From Mobula hypostoma (Eukaryota), in contig NC_086098.1 in NCBI RefSeq assembly GCF_963921235.1, forward strand, positions 2,418,001 to 2,482,000: 64,000 nucleotides of DNA, in the 5' to 3' direction. A program made the translations under genes and the position numbers. The notes under the pieces are model-generated. The model had not been told where the DNA came from and did no database searches. It saw nothing but the letters and a program-made list of their open reading frames with translations. This document shows, piece after piece, positions 39,240 to 51,603 of the stretch. Position 1 is the stretch's first letter. Every line of letters begins with the position of its first letter.

Positions 39240-40556
39240 GAGGCCCAATCAGGATACTTAGTTGAGTCTAAATGGTCGTTGTGCATTCTTCAAGCTGAAT
39301 GCTGGAGTCCTGGGAGACCCAGAGTCTCCCGGGGAGCTACATCTGCATGAAGTGCATCCGGCTGCAGCTCCTTGAAGACCGTGTTAGGGATCTGGAGCAA
39401 CAGCTGGATGACCTTCGGCTTGTACAGGAGAGTGAAGAGATCATCAATCGAAGTTACAGGGAAGTAATCACTCCGAAGTTGTAGAAGGTGAGTAGCTGGG
39501 TGACTGTCAGGAGAAATGGAAATGGAAATGTGAGTAGGCTGTTAACACAGAGCACCCTTGTGGCCATTCCCCACAATAATAAGTATACAGTTTTGGAGAT
39601 TGTTCTGGGAGTGACCTCCCAGCGGAATGCCATGGAGAGCGGGTTACTAGCACTGAGCATGGGTCCATGATGTAGACAGGATAGACGGAGAAGTGAGAAG
39701 TGGTAGTCATAGGGGACTCAATACTCAGAGGAACAGATGGGACACCCAGATGATATGTTGCATCCCAGGTGCCAGGGTCAGGGACATCTCAGATCGTGTC
39801 CACAACATTTTGGAGGGGGAGGAAGACGATCCAGATGTCTTGGTACATATTGGTACCAAGAACATAGGAAGGAAAGCAATGAGGTCCTAAAGAGGGAATT
39901 TAGAGAGCTGGGCAGAAAACTGAGAAGCTGGTCTTCGAGGGTAGTAAATTTTGGATTGCTACCTGTGCCATGCATTAGTGAGGGTAGAAATAGAATGATG
40001 TGACAGATCAATGGATGGCTGAGAAGATGGTGCAGGGGGCAGGGCTTATCAAAGAAAAGATGTGCTGGCAATGGAGAGGGTTCAGAGGAGTTTCACAAGG
40101 ATGATTCTGGGATGAAAGGGTCATCATATGAGGAATGATTGATAGCTCTGGGTCTGTACTCACTGGGATTTAGAAGGATGGGGGGGGGATCTCATTTAAA
40201 CTTTTCAAATGTTGAAACAGAATAGATACGGAAAGGGTATTTCCCATGGTGGGGAGTCTAGGCCAAGAGGGCACAGCCTTAGGATAGAGGGGAATATATT
40301 TAAAACAGAGATGCAGGGAAATTACTTTAACTAGAGGGTAGTGAATTTGTGGAATTTGTTTCCATAGGCAGCTGTGGAGGCCAAGTCTTTGGGAGAATGG
40401 TAGGTTCTTGTTTGGATGTGGCATCAAAGTTTACGGGGAGAAGGCCGGGCGGTGTGGTTGAGGAAGGCAAAAAAAGATCAGCCATAATTGAATGGCGGAA
40501 CAGACTCATTTGGCCAAATTGCCTGGTTATGCTCATTCGTCTTACCGTCTTATGAT
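39240..40556 (+). mobile_element. CR1-type ORF1 remnant joined directly to an ORF2 3' end
   Basis: ORF 39299..39484 (ICMKCIRLQLLEDRVRDLEQQLDDLRL) and HIGT esterase remnant; jumps near 40048 to the ORF2 C-terminus. Confidence 0.8.
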
Positions 40557-40559
40557 CTA

Positions 40560-40957
40560 AATTGGGCCTCACCAACACCTAATACCTTCAACATAACACA
40601 TGTCCTGTACTCAAAATATTGATTTACGAAAGCCAATGTACCGAAATCTTTCTTTACAACCCAATCTACCTGTGATGCCACTTTCAGCAAATTATGGACC
40701 AGTATTCCAAGATCCCTTTGCCCTACCACACCTCTCATTTCCCTAACATTCATTGTGTAAGACCAACCCTGACGGCTCATTCCAAAGTGCAACAACTCAC
40801 ACACTGAGCATTAAATTCCATTGGCCATATCTCATCCCATTTCACTAACTGGTCCAGCTCACACAGCAAACTTCAATAGTCTTCCTCGCTGTCCAGTACA
40901 CTCCACTCTTGGTGTCATCCACATAGTTGCTGATCCAATTACCCTCAATATCATCCA
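40560..40957 (-). mobile_element. Degraded CR1-type RT fragment
   Basis: ORF 40550..40804 (CELLHFG..QRDLGILVH..LKVASQVD). Confidence 0.75.
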
Positions 40958-41011
40958 AAGCAACCAACAGAAAATATTAGAGGAATCAGCAGGTCAGGCA
41001 GCATCCACTGG

Positions 41012-42603
41012 ATTGATTTGAATTGAATTGACTTCATTTTTTACATCTTTTATATACAGGAGGAGTAAAAATCTTTATATTATGTCTCCATCTAAATGTG
41101 CAATTTATAGTAATTTATAATAAATAGTATGCACAACAGGATAGTCAATGTAACATAGACCTATAGTTGTGTCAGCATGAATTAAGCAGTCTGATGGCCT
41201 GGTGGAAGAAGCTGTCTCGGAGCCTGCTGGTCCTGGCTTTTATGCTGTGATGGTAGCAGCTGGAACAATCTGTGATGGGGGGACTCAGGTGCTTTATGAT
41301 GCTTTGGGCCCATTTTACACACCTGACTTTGTAAAAGTCCTGAATAGTGGGAAGTTCACATCTACAGATGCGCTGGGCTGTCCACACCACTCTCTGCAGA
41401 GTCCTTAGGATTCTTAGGATTTGGGGGCCCATACCAAACTTCTCCAACAGTCTGTGGTGCAAGAAGTGCAGTTGTGCTTTTTCACCACACAGCCGGTATG
41501 TACAGGCCACTTGAGATCCTCAGTGAAGTGTATGCTGAGGAACTTAAAGCTGTTCACCCTCTCAACCCCAGATCCATTGATGTCAATAGGGGTTAGGCTG
41601 CTCCACCCCTCCTGTAGTCCACAACCAGCTCCTTTGTTTTTGCGACATTGAAAGAGAGGTTGTTTCCTTGACACTACTGTGTCAGGGTGATGACTTCTAT
41701 AACCATATAACATATACTCTGTAGGCTGCCTCGTTATTATTTGAAATTTGGCCAATCAATGTAGTATCATCAGCAAATTTAATTAGCAGATTGGAGCTGA
41801 GGCTGGCAACACAGTCATGGGTACACAGAGAGTAAAGGAGGGGACAAGACAGAGCCCTGAGGGGCTCCTGTGTTGAGGGGTGGAGGTGAGGGAGCCCACT
41901 CTTACACCTGCCGGCGATCTGACAGGAAGTTCAGGATCCAGCTGCACAAGGCAGGGTGAAAGCCGAGGTCTCTGAGCTTCTTGTCAGGCCTGGAGGGAAT
42001 TTTGGTGTTGAATGCTGAATTGTAGCCCAAGAGCAGCATTCTCACATAAGGATCCTTCTTTTCCAGATGTGTAAGAACGGTGTGTGGAGTTGTGGCTATT
42101 GTGTCATATGTCAATCGGTTATGTCGGTAGGCGAACTGTAGGGGGTCCAGTGTGGGTGGTAGCCAGCTGCAGATGTAGTCCTTCACCAGCCTTTCAAAGT
42201 ATTTGCTTATTATTGAGGTGAGTGTGACAGGACACCAGTCATTCAGGCATGTTACCTTGGTCTGTTTAGGTACCAGAACAATGGTGGATGTTTTGAAGCA
42301 GGAGGGCACTCTATACTGGGAGAGGGAGAGATTAAAATTGTCTGTAAACACACCTGCCAGTTGTGCTGTGCACATCCTGAGTACCCGTCCTGGGATGCTG
42401 TCTGGTCCCACAGCCTTGCGACTGTCCACTCATTGGAAATGTCTGCATACTCCAGCCTCAGAGATGACCAAGGTGCCGGTCACTTGGGCAGTGTGCCCCA
42501 AGGGCTTAGTGTTGGCGACATCAAACCAAGCATAAAAAAGATTTAGCTCATCTGGGAGAGAGGCAGCAATGTTGGAAACTCCACCGTGTTTAGCTTTGAA
42601 ATC
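41012..42603 (-). mobile_element. Rex1/Babar-type LINE, 5'-truncated
   Basis: ORF 41902..42429 (KAVGPDSIPGRVL, CLNDWCPVTLTS, LDPLQFAYR, SAFNT). Confidence 0.88.
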
Positions 42604-42614
42604 CAGTCAATCTA

Positions 42615-43157
42615 CACCCAGTGACCACTTTATTTACACCTGCTCATAAATGCAAATATCTAATCAGCCAGTCGTGTGGCAGCAACTCAATGCATACTCA
42701 AAGCATGCAGACATGGTCACAAGGTTCAGTTGTTGTTCAGACCAAACATCAGAATGGGGAAGAAATGTGATCGAAGTGACTTTAACTGTGGAAAAATTGT
42801 TGGTGCCAGACAGAGTGGTTTGAGTATCTCAGGAACTGATCTCCTGGGATTTTTACGCACAACAGTCTCTAGAGTTTATAAAGAATGATGCAAGAAACAA
42901 AGAAAAACATCCAGTGAGCAGCAGTTCTGTGGGTGAACATGCCTTGTTAATGAGAGAGGTCAGAGGAGAATGACCTGACAGGAAGGTGATGGTAACTCAG
43001 ATCACCACACGTTACTACTGTGGTGTGCAGAAGAGCATCTCTGAATGATCACCTCAAACATTGAAGTGGATGGGCTACAGCAGCAGAAGACATGAACGTA
43101 CACTCAGTGACCACTTTATTAGATACAGCAGGAACGTAATGAAGTGGCCACTGAGTG
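42615..43157 (+). mobile_element. Tc1-like non-autonomous transposon
   Basis: TA|cacccagtgaccactttatt ... aagtggccactgagtg|TA; transposase N-terminus MGKKCDRSDFNCGKIVGARQSGLSIS..LLGFLRTTVSRVYKE; no DDE domain. Confidence 0.88.
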
Positions 43158-44262
43158 TATGTTGGCTTAGAAAGCAATGCCACCTCCAGATCCTTGTACA
43201 GATGATGTTGCAACTAGAATAACAAAAGGACTGAAAACTCAATAGCTTCTAATGGGTGAAGAACAACCACAGTGCTTCTCATCCGACAGATCAGTTATTT
43301 GTTACCCTTGGGAGCAGTACAAACAAAAAAAAAAGCACAACAATAATATATAAATATGAGTTCCAGGAAACTTTTACATTTTTAACATTTAACACTGGAA
43401 TGTAATAATCTTTTCTTTAGGACCATTCCAATCGGCGTGTCATTTTTCTGTGTGAGATGTTTAAGTGGGAAAAGGCTAATTGTTATTACTTGTCAGCCAG
43501 CCATTAGGAAGAAAAGCAGCGATGATTATCTGTGACTGCTGACACTTGCCAATTACATTTCAGTACATCAAAAAATCTTTCATTTACAGCCAGGCAAATC
43601 ATGTAAAAAGTCTGCTCATACACCAGTACGCAGTGTACTTAGCTTCAAACACCTGACAGTTGCCGTGAAACAGTCATTAAAGTGCCTCCACAAGAGATGC
43701 GTCAGTCGCTGCCCCCAGGTGAAGGAGAGAGTGCGGAGAGAGTGAAGGAGAGTCTTACATTGTGACAGGGCTGAATCAGGCAAAACATTATGCTGATTTC
43801 CTCTCCTGCTTAAAAAAGGCACAGATGATGGGGAGGGAGGGGTGAGGGGCTGGCAGGAAGCTGAGGGGAAGAGTAATCTAGATTCTTGTTTCCCTCTAAT
43901 GGATCAATTCTGTCAGACATTTAAAATGTAAAAAGGGGTGTATATCATTGCAATTCTTCACAAGAAGGTTCTTCTGTCTTGCCAGGTCAATGTAAAATTG
44001 TACTGCCTAAAACATCTTGTAGCAAAAATGACACTTATAACATGTGTATCCAAATGAAAGAAGGAATATTACAGCCCAGCACCACAGATTTATCAAATTC
44101 AATAATGTAACATTAAGGATGTCAAATACAGTTGATTGAGGAAGCATTGTTGAGGATCTCTACCACCCATCCTATTATCTCTTTGACCCACTACCATCAG
44201 GAAGGAGGGTCGAAAGCATCAGGAACTCAGCAGGTCAGGCAGCATCTATGGATGAGAATTAG

Positions 44263-44335
44263 CAGTCGACATTTCGGGCTGAGACCCTTCATCAGGACAG
44301 TGCTGATGAAGGGTCTGCATACGAAGCATCGACTG
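44263..44335. ncRNA. Back-to-back putative hammerhead motifs at the centre of a fold-back element (~44222-44405)
   Basis: Minus: GTC-CTGATGA-A-GGGT CTCA GCCC-GAAA-T-GTC-GAC (core intact). Plus: cagtg-CTGATGA-agggtctgcatac-gaag-catc-gactg (degenerate). Confidence 0.6.
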
Positions 44336-44408
44336 TTTATTCCTATATGAGTACCGGTTATTCCTGTATAAGTACCAGTTAACCTGCTGAGACCCGACAG
44401 CAAATTTT

Positions 44409-45062
44409 CAGAATCAGAATCAGGTTTAATATCACTGGCATACCTTAGCAGCAGCAGTTCAAAGCAATACATGATAATACAGCAAGAAAATAGTAAATCA
44501 ATTACAGTGAGTGTAGGTACATTAAAAAAGTGCAAAAACCAAAATAATAAAAAAAGTGAGGTAGTGTCCATGGGTTCAATGTCCATTTGGGACTCGGATG
44601 GCAGAGGGGAAAAAGCTGTTCACGAATCACGGAGCATGTGCCTTCAGGCTTCTGTACTTCTTTCCTGATGTTAACAGTGAGAAGAGTGATGGGGGTCCCT
44701 AATAAATTACGCCACCTTTATGAGGTCCCATTCCTTGAAGATGTCTTGGATACTATGGCGGCTGATACCCAAGATGGAGCTGACTAATTTTAGAACTCTC
44801 TGTAGCTTCTTTCAGTCCTGTGCAGTAGCTCTTACCACCCCCACTGTCCCCCCATACCAGACAGTGATGCAGTCTGTCAGAATGATCCACAATACATCTA
44901 TAGAAGTTTTCGAGTGTGTTAGGTGACAAACCAAATCTCTTTAAACTCCTAATGAAATATAGCTACTGTTTTGCCTTCTTTACAGCTGCATTGATATGTT
45001 AAGGCCAGGTTAGATCCTCAGAGATCTTGACATCCAGGAACTTGAAATTGCCTACTCTCCAC
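44409..45062 (-). mobile_element. Degraded Rex1/Babar-like 3' fragment
   Basis: Tail cagaatcagaatcaggtttaatatcactggcata (reverse complement of ...attaaacctgattctgattctg) plus an RT C-terminal remnant. Confidence 0.72.
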
Positions 45063-45971
45063 ACACAGCAAATTGTTTGTATATTGCTCTAGTTTTCCAG
45101 CATCTGCAGTACCTCTTGTGTCTACAGGAGCATCAGGACTTGGACTGCCAGACTGATAACAGCTTCTTCCCACAGGCTGAGACACCAATCAATACCCTGC
45201 TACCGAGGTCTCGTCACCAGGACAGTGAGTTGTTTCCTGTATCGTTTACTGTTTACCTGTGTCGTGCACTGCATGCATTTTGAATTATGTTTATTAATTT
45301 ATTGATGGTAATATTTTGTTATATGTGCTGTGTGTGATATATATTTTGTGAGTTCCACAGGAACGTTGCTTCATTTGGCTGTAGGTCAAGCAGCATCTAT
45401 AGAGAGATTTGAATAAGCATCTGACATTTCATGTCGAGACCCTTCATCAGGACCATGTGTTACTAACCTAAGTGTAACCCCATGACATAGCCAATCTCTT
45501 AAAGGTTACCCAGCGTCGATGAGGCTCCATTGCAGACCTTTGTAATACAGGGAGCCCTGTAGAAGAATTGCAAGTAGAGATTTCAGCTTTACAGTATGAA
45601 CCTTGAAGTTGACGCAGTCTTTCCTGAGTGCGTGTACTATTCTTTCTGCCCTTTCTTTCAATAAGACCATGAAACACACCAGCAGAGTTAGACCATTTGG
45701 CCCATCAAGTCTACTCTATCATTCCATCATGGCTGATTTATTATGCCTCTCAATCCCATTCTCCTGCCTTCTCCCTGTAGGCCATTCGGCCCATTGCATC
45801 AGCTCCATAATTTCTCATTTCCCCATTTTACATAAAACAAAAACTTGGGACCAAGAACCCAAGGGCAATTGTTTCTCTGCCTTAATAATTTTTTCTTTCA
45901 GAAAATTAAATTGTTGCCTGGTATATTTATTTCTGCAGCATACAAATCGTATTTCATGAATTTCAAATATA

Positions 45972-46460
45972 GACTCACTGACCATTTTATTCCGTGCCTC
46001 CTGTACCTGAACATATGTTCATGGTTTTCTGCTGCTGTGGCCCATCCACTTCAAAGTTTGACGTGTTGAGTGTTCAGAGATGCTCTTCTACACATCACTG
46101 GTGTAATGTGTAGTTATTTGAGTTATTATCACCTTCCTGTCAGCTTGAATCAGTCCAGTCATTCTCTGACCTCTCTTATTAACAAGGCCACTCACTGAAT
46201 ACTCTTTGTAAACTCTTAACATTGCTGTGCATAAAAACCACAGGAGATCAGTAGTTCCTGAGATACTCAGACCACCCTGTCTGGCACCAATAATCATTCC
46301 ATGCTCAAAGTCACTTCTTCCCCATTATGATATTTGGTCTGAACAACAACTAAACCTCTTGACCATATCTGCATGCTTTTACGTATTGAGTTTCTGCCAC
46401 GAGTGGCTGTTAGGTATTTACATTAATGTGCAGGTGTATCTAATAAAGTGCAATTGGGTG
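45972..46460 (-). mobile_element. Tc1-like non-autonomous transposon, same family as 42615-43157
   Basis: ORF 46088..46297 (MIIGARQGGLSISGTTDLL..); degenerate TIRs ending ctaataaagtg..gggtg|TA. Confidence 0.82.
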
Positions 46461-46851
46461 TATGTTTAAATACCCTGTTTTACAACGGAACCCAACTGGT
46501 CTTCCAAATGAAGAAGGAAATCAAAACCTTTTTTGTTGAATTTAAAGAAATTCTTTAAAACAAAACTATGTTTCTGCCTTAAATATGCTTGTTGGCTTTC
46601 TGTCAGTAATACTGAGGGACTGGTGTGAATAACAGTGCTGTACATTATGTGTTCATACGTATGCCAAACCATCCTCCTCGCAGCAGTTCTCTGTGGCATT
46701 GCAGATTCTTCTAGTATGTCCTTGCACCTCACAACAAAGTCACTAAAATATTGAATTTATTGAACTGAGCAGACAGGATCCGCCACAGGCACCAGTGCAA
46801 AGCAAAGGAATGTTGCTCTCTCCCACATGGTTACCTCCACAATCAATGTGA

Positions 46852-47040
46852 ATCCCAGAGGCAGGGAAACACCAGCAGTAATCCAGTCTCCATCCCACCA
46901 CCCTGACCATCCCAGAGGCAGGGAAACACCAGCAGTAATCCAATCTCCATCCCACCACCCTGACCATCCCAGAGGCAGGGAAACACCAGCAGTAATCCAG
47001 TCTCCATCCCACCACCCTGACCATCCCAGAGGCAGGGAAA
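46852..47040. repeat. 57-bp tandem repeat, about 3.3 near-perfect copies
   Basis: Unit atcccagaggcagggaaacaccagcagtaatccagtctccatcccaccaccctgacc at 46852, 46909, 46966 and partially at 47023. Confidence 0.95.
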
Positions 47041-47125
47041 TACAGACCAATGTCCTGACCATTCCACAGAAGGAGGGAAACACCAGCAGTCATCCAAGTA
47101 TCAGACTTAATTAGTTTGATAAGGC

Positions 47126-47720
47126 CATAAGACATGGGAGCAGAGTTAGGCCATTCAGCCCATTCAGTCATCAATGCCATTCTATTATGACTGATTTATT
47201 ATCCTTCTCAATCCCATTTTTCTGCTTTCTCCTTGTAACCTTTGATGACATTACTAATCAGGAATCTATCAAGCTCCACTTTACATATGCCCACTGACTT
47301 GGCCTCCATGGAATCTGTGGCAATGAATTCCACAGATTCACCAGCCTATGGTTAAAGAAATTCCTCTTCATCTCTCTGTTCTAAATGGACGTCCCTCTAT
47401 TCTGAGGTTGTGCCCTCTGGTCCCAGACTCCAACACTATTGGAAAAATCAACTCTATCTAGGCCTTTCAATATTCAATCAATTTCAATGAGATTCCACCC
47501 CCCTCACCATCTCATATTTCTAAACTCCAGCAAGTAAAGGCCAAAGCAATCACGCACACTACAAGCATTAATCTTTTATTCCTGGAATAATTCCCATAAA
47601 CTTCCTCTGGACCTTCTCCAATGCCAGTAAATTGTTTCTTGGATTAGGGGCCCAAAACTACTCACAGTGCTCAAGTGGTCTCTGAGAAATGCCTTATATA
47701 CCCTGGGCATTACATCCTTG
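47126..47720 (-). mobile_element. CR1-type 3' fragment
   Basis: ccataagacatgggagcagagttaggccattc tail; gaattccacagattcacc; ggggcccaaaactactcacagtgctcaagtgg. Confidence 0.8.
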
Positions 47721-47850
47721 ACGTGGGAATTACTTGCTATGTCCAGTTCATGGCCTCAAAGACAATACTTATTTTTTAAATATTTTATGGCGCTCAATTT
47801 ACCAAACCACCATGGCAATGTTATATTTCTGCCTGAACCAACAATGATCA

Positions 47851-48172
47851 GCAGGTTAGCATCCTACTTAGTGTAACACTTTACAGTGCCGGCAACATGA
47901 CCAGGGTTCAAATCCACCTGTGTCTGTCAGAGTTTGTACATTCTCCCCGTGACTGCCAGGTTTCCACTGGGTACTCCCACCCACAGTCCAAAGGCCTTCG
48001 TGTCAGGATTAGTAAATTGTAGGCCTGCTATGCTGGCATCAGAAACATTGTGACACTGCCCCCAGTACATAGTCAGACTGTGTTGGTCATTGACGCAAAA
48101 CAACACGTTTCACTCTCTGTATGTTTCAATGTTTTGATGTGTGTGTGATAAATCAAGATAATCTTGAATCTT
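47851..48172 (+). mobile_element. tRNA-derived V-SINE (HE1-like)
   Basis: B-box gggttcaaatcc; V-domain gagtttgtacattctccccgtgactg..ggtttcc; short-repeat tail. Confidence 0.7.
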
Positions 48173-48182
48173 TAACAACGCC

Positions 48183-48360
48183 TTCAGACACCTCTGCTTA
48201 GGAGATACAAAGAGCTCCTTCCTCAGGACTGAACACTCTCACTTTCAGACAGCTCTGCTCAGGAGATATAAAGAGCTCCTTCCTCAGGACTGAACACCTG
48301 TACTTTCAGACAGCTCTGCTCAGGAGATACAAAGAACTCCCCTCGAACACACTCACTTTC
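48183..48360. repeat. 61-bp tandem repeat, about 3 copies
   Basis: ttcagacagctctgctcaggagata.aaagagctcc.. at 48183, 48244 and 48305. Confidence 0.92.
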
Positions 48361-50389
48361 AAAAGCCGTAACCCTCCCTTTATATTAGAAGCACATTAGA
48401 TCTCACTGCGTGCAGAAAAGCATCTCTGAATGCACAACACATCAAGTCTTAAAGCGGATGGGCTACAGCAACCAAAGACCTTGAACATACTCTCGGTAGA
48501 GTGGGCTTAATAAAGTGGCCACTGTGTATCGAGCTGATATTCATTGTGTTCTGAAAAAAGATCTCTGGTGCTGCTTAGTGATCAGTCTCTGATTGTATCC
48601 TAAAGCCACATCATTGGCTGAAGAATGTAATAGTCATAGTTACTAATCAGGTGTAATTCAGTTTCAGTGAATAATTATCCATTTAGGCCATTACTTAGAC
48701 CATCATACATAAAGATTTGAACCCTTTCATTAAGCACAAGTACTCTGTGGATTTCTACATGTCATTAGCTATTTCAAAGCCATTTACAAGGAAAAGTCAA
48801 CATTAAATGTGTTTTTTTATGAGGCTACATAGCATCCACACCATGATCATCAGAGACAGAAACTGTTACTTTCCCCAAGCAGCAAGGCTGATCAATACCT
48901 CTATCCAGTAACTCACCCTCCAACCACCACTGCTTTATCATTTCCTGTCAGAGTCACCTTATGTACAGACACTCCTGTGCCTAGCGTCACCTTATGGACA
49001 TACCATCAATAAGCTATCTTATATATTTATATTTATTGTGTTCTTTATCTTGTTTTTGTGCTACATTGGATACTGAGCAACAACTATTTTGTTCTTCTTT
49101 ACACTTATGTTCTGGAAATGACATTAAACAATCTTGAATCCTGAATCTTGAAGTCAGTGCAAAGAATTTGTGATAGGAGATCTGTGCTCCAATATTAAGT
49201 TTTGATATTAATTCAAAATTGCCAGTTTGCAGAATGCATTTGTACATTTTCACACCACTTAAGTAGCATCGGATGTTCTGATAATGAGAATGAAAAATTT
49301 TATTTGTCCTTTCAAGAGAGACAAAATGATGGGGTCTGGACTTTTGTTGCGAAAAAATGGCTTGCAGGAAAGGTAACAGTGGACATCCAGGCTCATTCTA
49401 AATGTTACACAGGCAGTTGTGAAATGACTGCGCGCAGTGGGGAGCCTGTGTTTAAGTAATGCATAAGCACTTGGGAATAGCACTCACACTGTTCTCAGAC
49501 ACCAGGAGGTAATGTTTAGAACAGTAGTGACTCTTTTATGTAGCTCATGAATTTGCATATTTTAGTTATTACAGTGAAATACCCAAACAAATTGGAATAC
49601 CATGGGCACACATGAATATGGACAATGAAGTTCACTATGGAAACACATCCACTGGCTTTCACCTCCCCCACCCCCATCACACTCCCCACCCACTTTAAGC
49701 AGCGAGTAGTACCATTATGGCAATTTTTGAAAATATCAAGCAAATCTGACAAATTCAGATCAATGTTAACATCTTTTAAGGTCTCAGTTAAATTTCTTCG
49801 AGTAATTCTATTTAAACAGAAAGTTTTATTGATACCATCAGGATGTACAGAATGTCTATGTGTATAACAGTTCTGTTTGATGGGACTGCTTTGATATTTA
49901 TACTTATTGTTTTTATTGAGTTCTGTAAGCTTACTATTTTTTTATGCTGCATCAGGTCCACAGTAACAATCATTTTGTTCTCCTTTTACTCTCTTGTATG
50001 AGGAATGACAATAAACAATCTTCAGCCTTGCATCTTGTCCACATTACCCATTATCATCAGACATGGGAGGATAAAGTTGGGTTACTGGCTCATTGACATA
50101 AAGAAACAGCTAAGTTATAGGTGATAATAACACTCTTGCTCTCAATGTCAGTAGGACCAAGGATTGATTGTGAACTTCAGAAAAGTGAATCTGAGAGCTC
50201 ACACAACAGTTCTCATCAAGGGATCAGCAGTAGAAAACATGATCAGTTTCATATTCCTGCATGACAATTCATGTGCTAAAAGATGACAACCTTGAATCTA
50301 TTGTTTTGGTGGAGTTTTTAAACTCGGTTGGGCGAGGACAGTGATGGCATCTGACCGCAAAACCCGACCATGGATTGCGAGGACTCTAA

Positions 50390-51603
50390 GGCTACGTCCA
50401 CACTACGCCGGATAATTTTGAAAACGCCGGTCTCGAGTAAAAATGACAGGCGTCCACACTAAGCATTTTTCAAAATATCTCTGTCCACATTAGAGGATAT
50501 TTGGGTGAATCTCCTCCTGCTGGGCATGCACAGGACACATAGAAAAAAACCGAAGAGGAAACGATATACTTGGTGCGCGTTTGTCCAGTTACAGAGTAGA
50601 AAAACTTAAAAGGAATTGCTCTTGGTTCTTGCGCAGGAGGACTTAAAACTAAAAAAACAATACTGGAGCGTATGGAGGCAACCGACAGGGAGTCCACGGA
50701 CAGTATGACCTGGCTGACGACGAACATTGAAAAACTGACTAACTCTGTTGCATTAATAAAGCACCTTGTTAAATGTATAAAACATGTCTGCATCAATGTT
50801 ATCTTGTATTTCCATATAATGTTACATTAGGCTGTTACACATCTATTGTCAGAGAAGTACTCACATAAATAGGTAAACCACCTTCATACAAGCAAGGACA
50901 GAAAACAGGGCAAAGTGAGTATACTTATTTACTCGCAAACAACAGGAATTCTGCAGATGCTGGAAATTCAAGCAACACACATCAAAGTTGCTGGTGAACG
51001 CAGCAGGCCAGGCAGCATCTATAGGAAGAGGCGCAGTCGACGTTTCAGGCCGAGACCCCAGGAAGGGTCTCGGCCTGAAACGTCGACTGCGCCTCTTCCT
51101 ATAGATGCTGCCTGGCCTGCTGCGTTCACCAGCAACTTTGATGTGTGAGACTTATTTACTCAGTAAGCTATGGGTCAAAGTATTTGGTGAGTACGTTTCT
51201 AACTCTTCTGGCTTCAGTCTCGTTGCCGTCTGTTCTGAAATTGTTAGGTTCTGCGAAGTGCAGAATCAAATATCGCTGTGATGATTGTACGCTTTAGTAT
51301 CAATTCTTTGGCGACAATAAAGTAGTAGTAATAATAAGAAGAATAATAATAAGAAGAAAACAACGAAATACCACCCTGTCGCCATCTGTTCCGGCACGTC
51401 ATGACAGCGGTTTTAAAAAGCTCCGGTTACCCTGTACACAGTGCAACGGATATTAGGCGTTTTCAGATTTATCCATCCTGGAGACCGTTTCTGAAAATCT
51501 CCGTTTTCGGGGGATGAAAACGCCATTTCAGTGTCGACGGAAGGTCGAAACGAAGAGAAAAGGCTTTGTTTTCAAAATTATCCGGCGTATCGTGGACGTA
51601 ACC
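50390..51603. mobile_element. Non-autonomous PIF/Harbinger-like DNA transposon
   Basis: TAA|ggctacgtccacactacgccggataattttgaaaac ... gttttcaaaattatccggcgtatcgtggacgtaacc|TAA: ~36-bp TIR and 3-bp TAA TSD; inserted in a decayed Rex1-like fragment. Confidence 0.9.
50935..51149. mobile_element. Young fold-back (Penelope-like) element: perfect 83-bp inverted arms, 12-bp TSD
   Basis: Arms 50976-51058 and 51065-51147 are exact reverse complements around a caggaa loop; TSD acttatttactc at 50923-50934 and 51150-51161. Confidence 0.88.

Noticed and set aside
49202..49459. Possible exon (tttcaag|...aag|gtaaca)
   Set aside because: Weak acceptor, unrecognised peptide and no partner exons.
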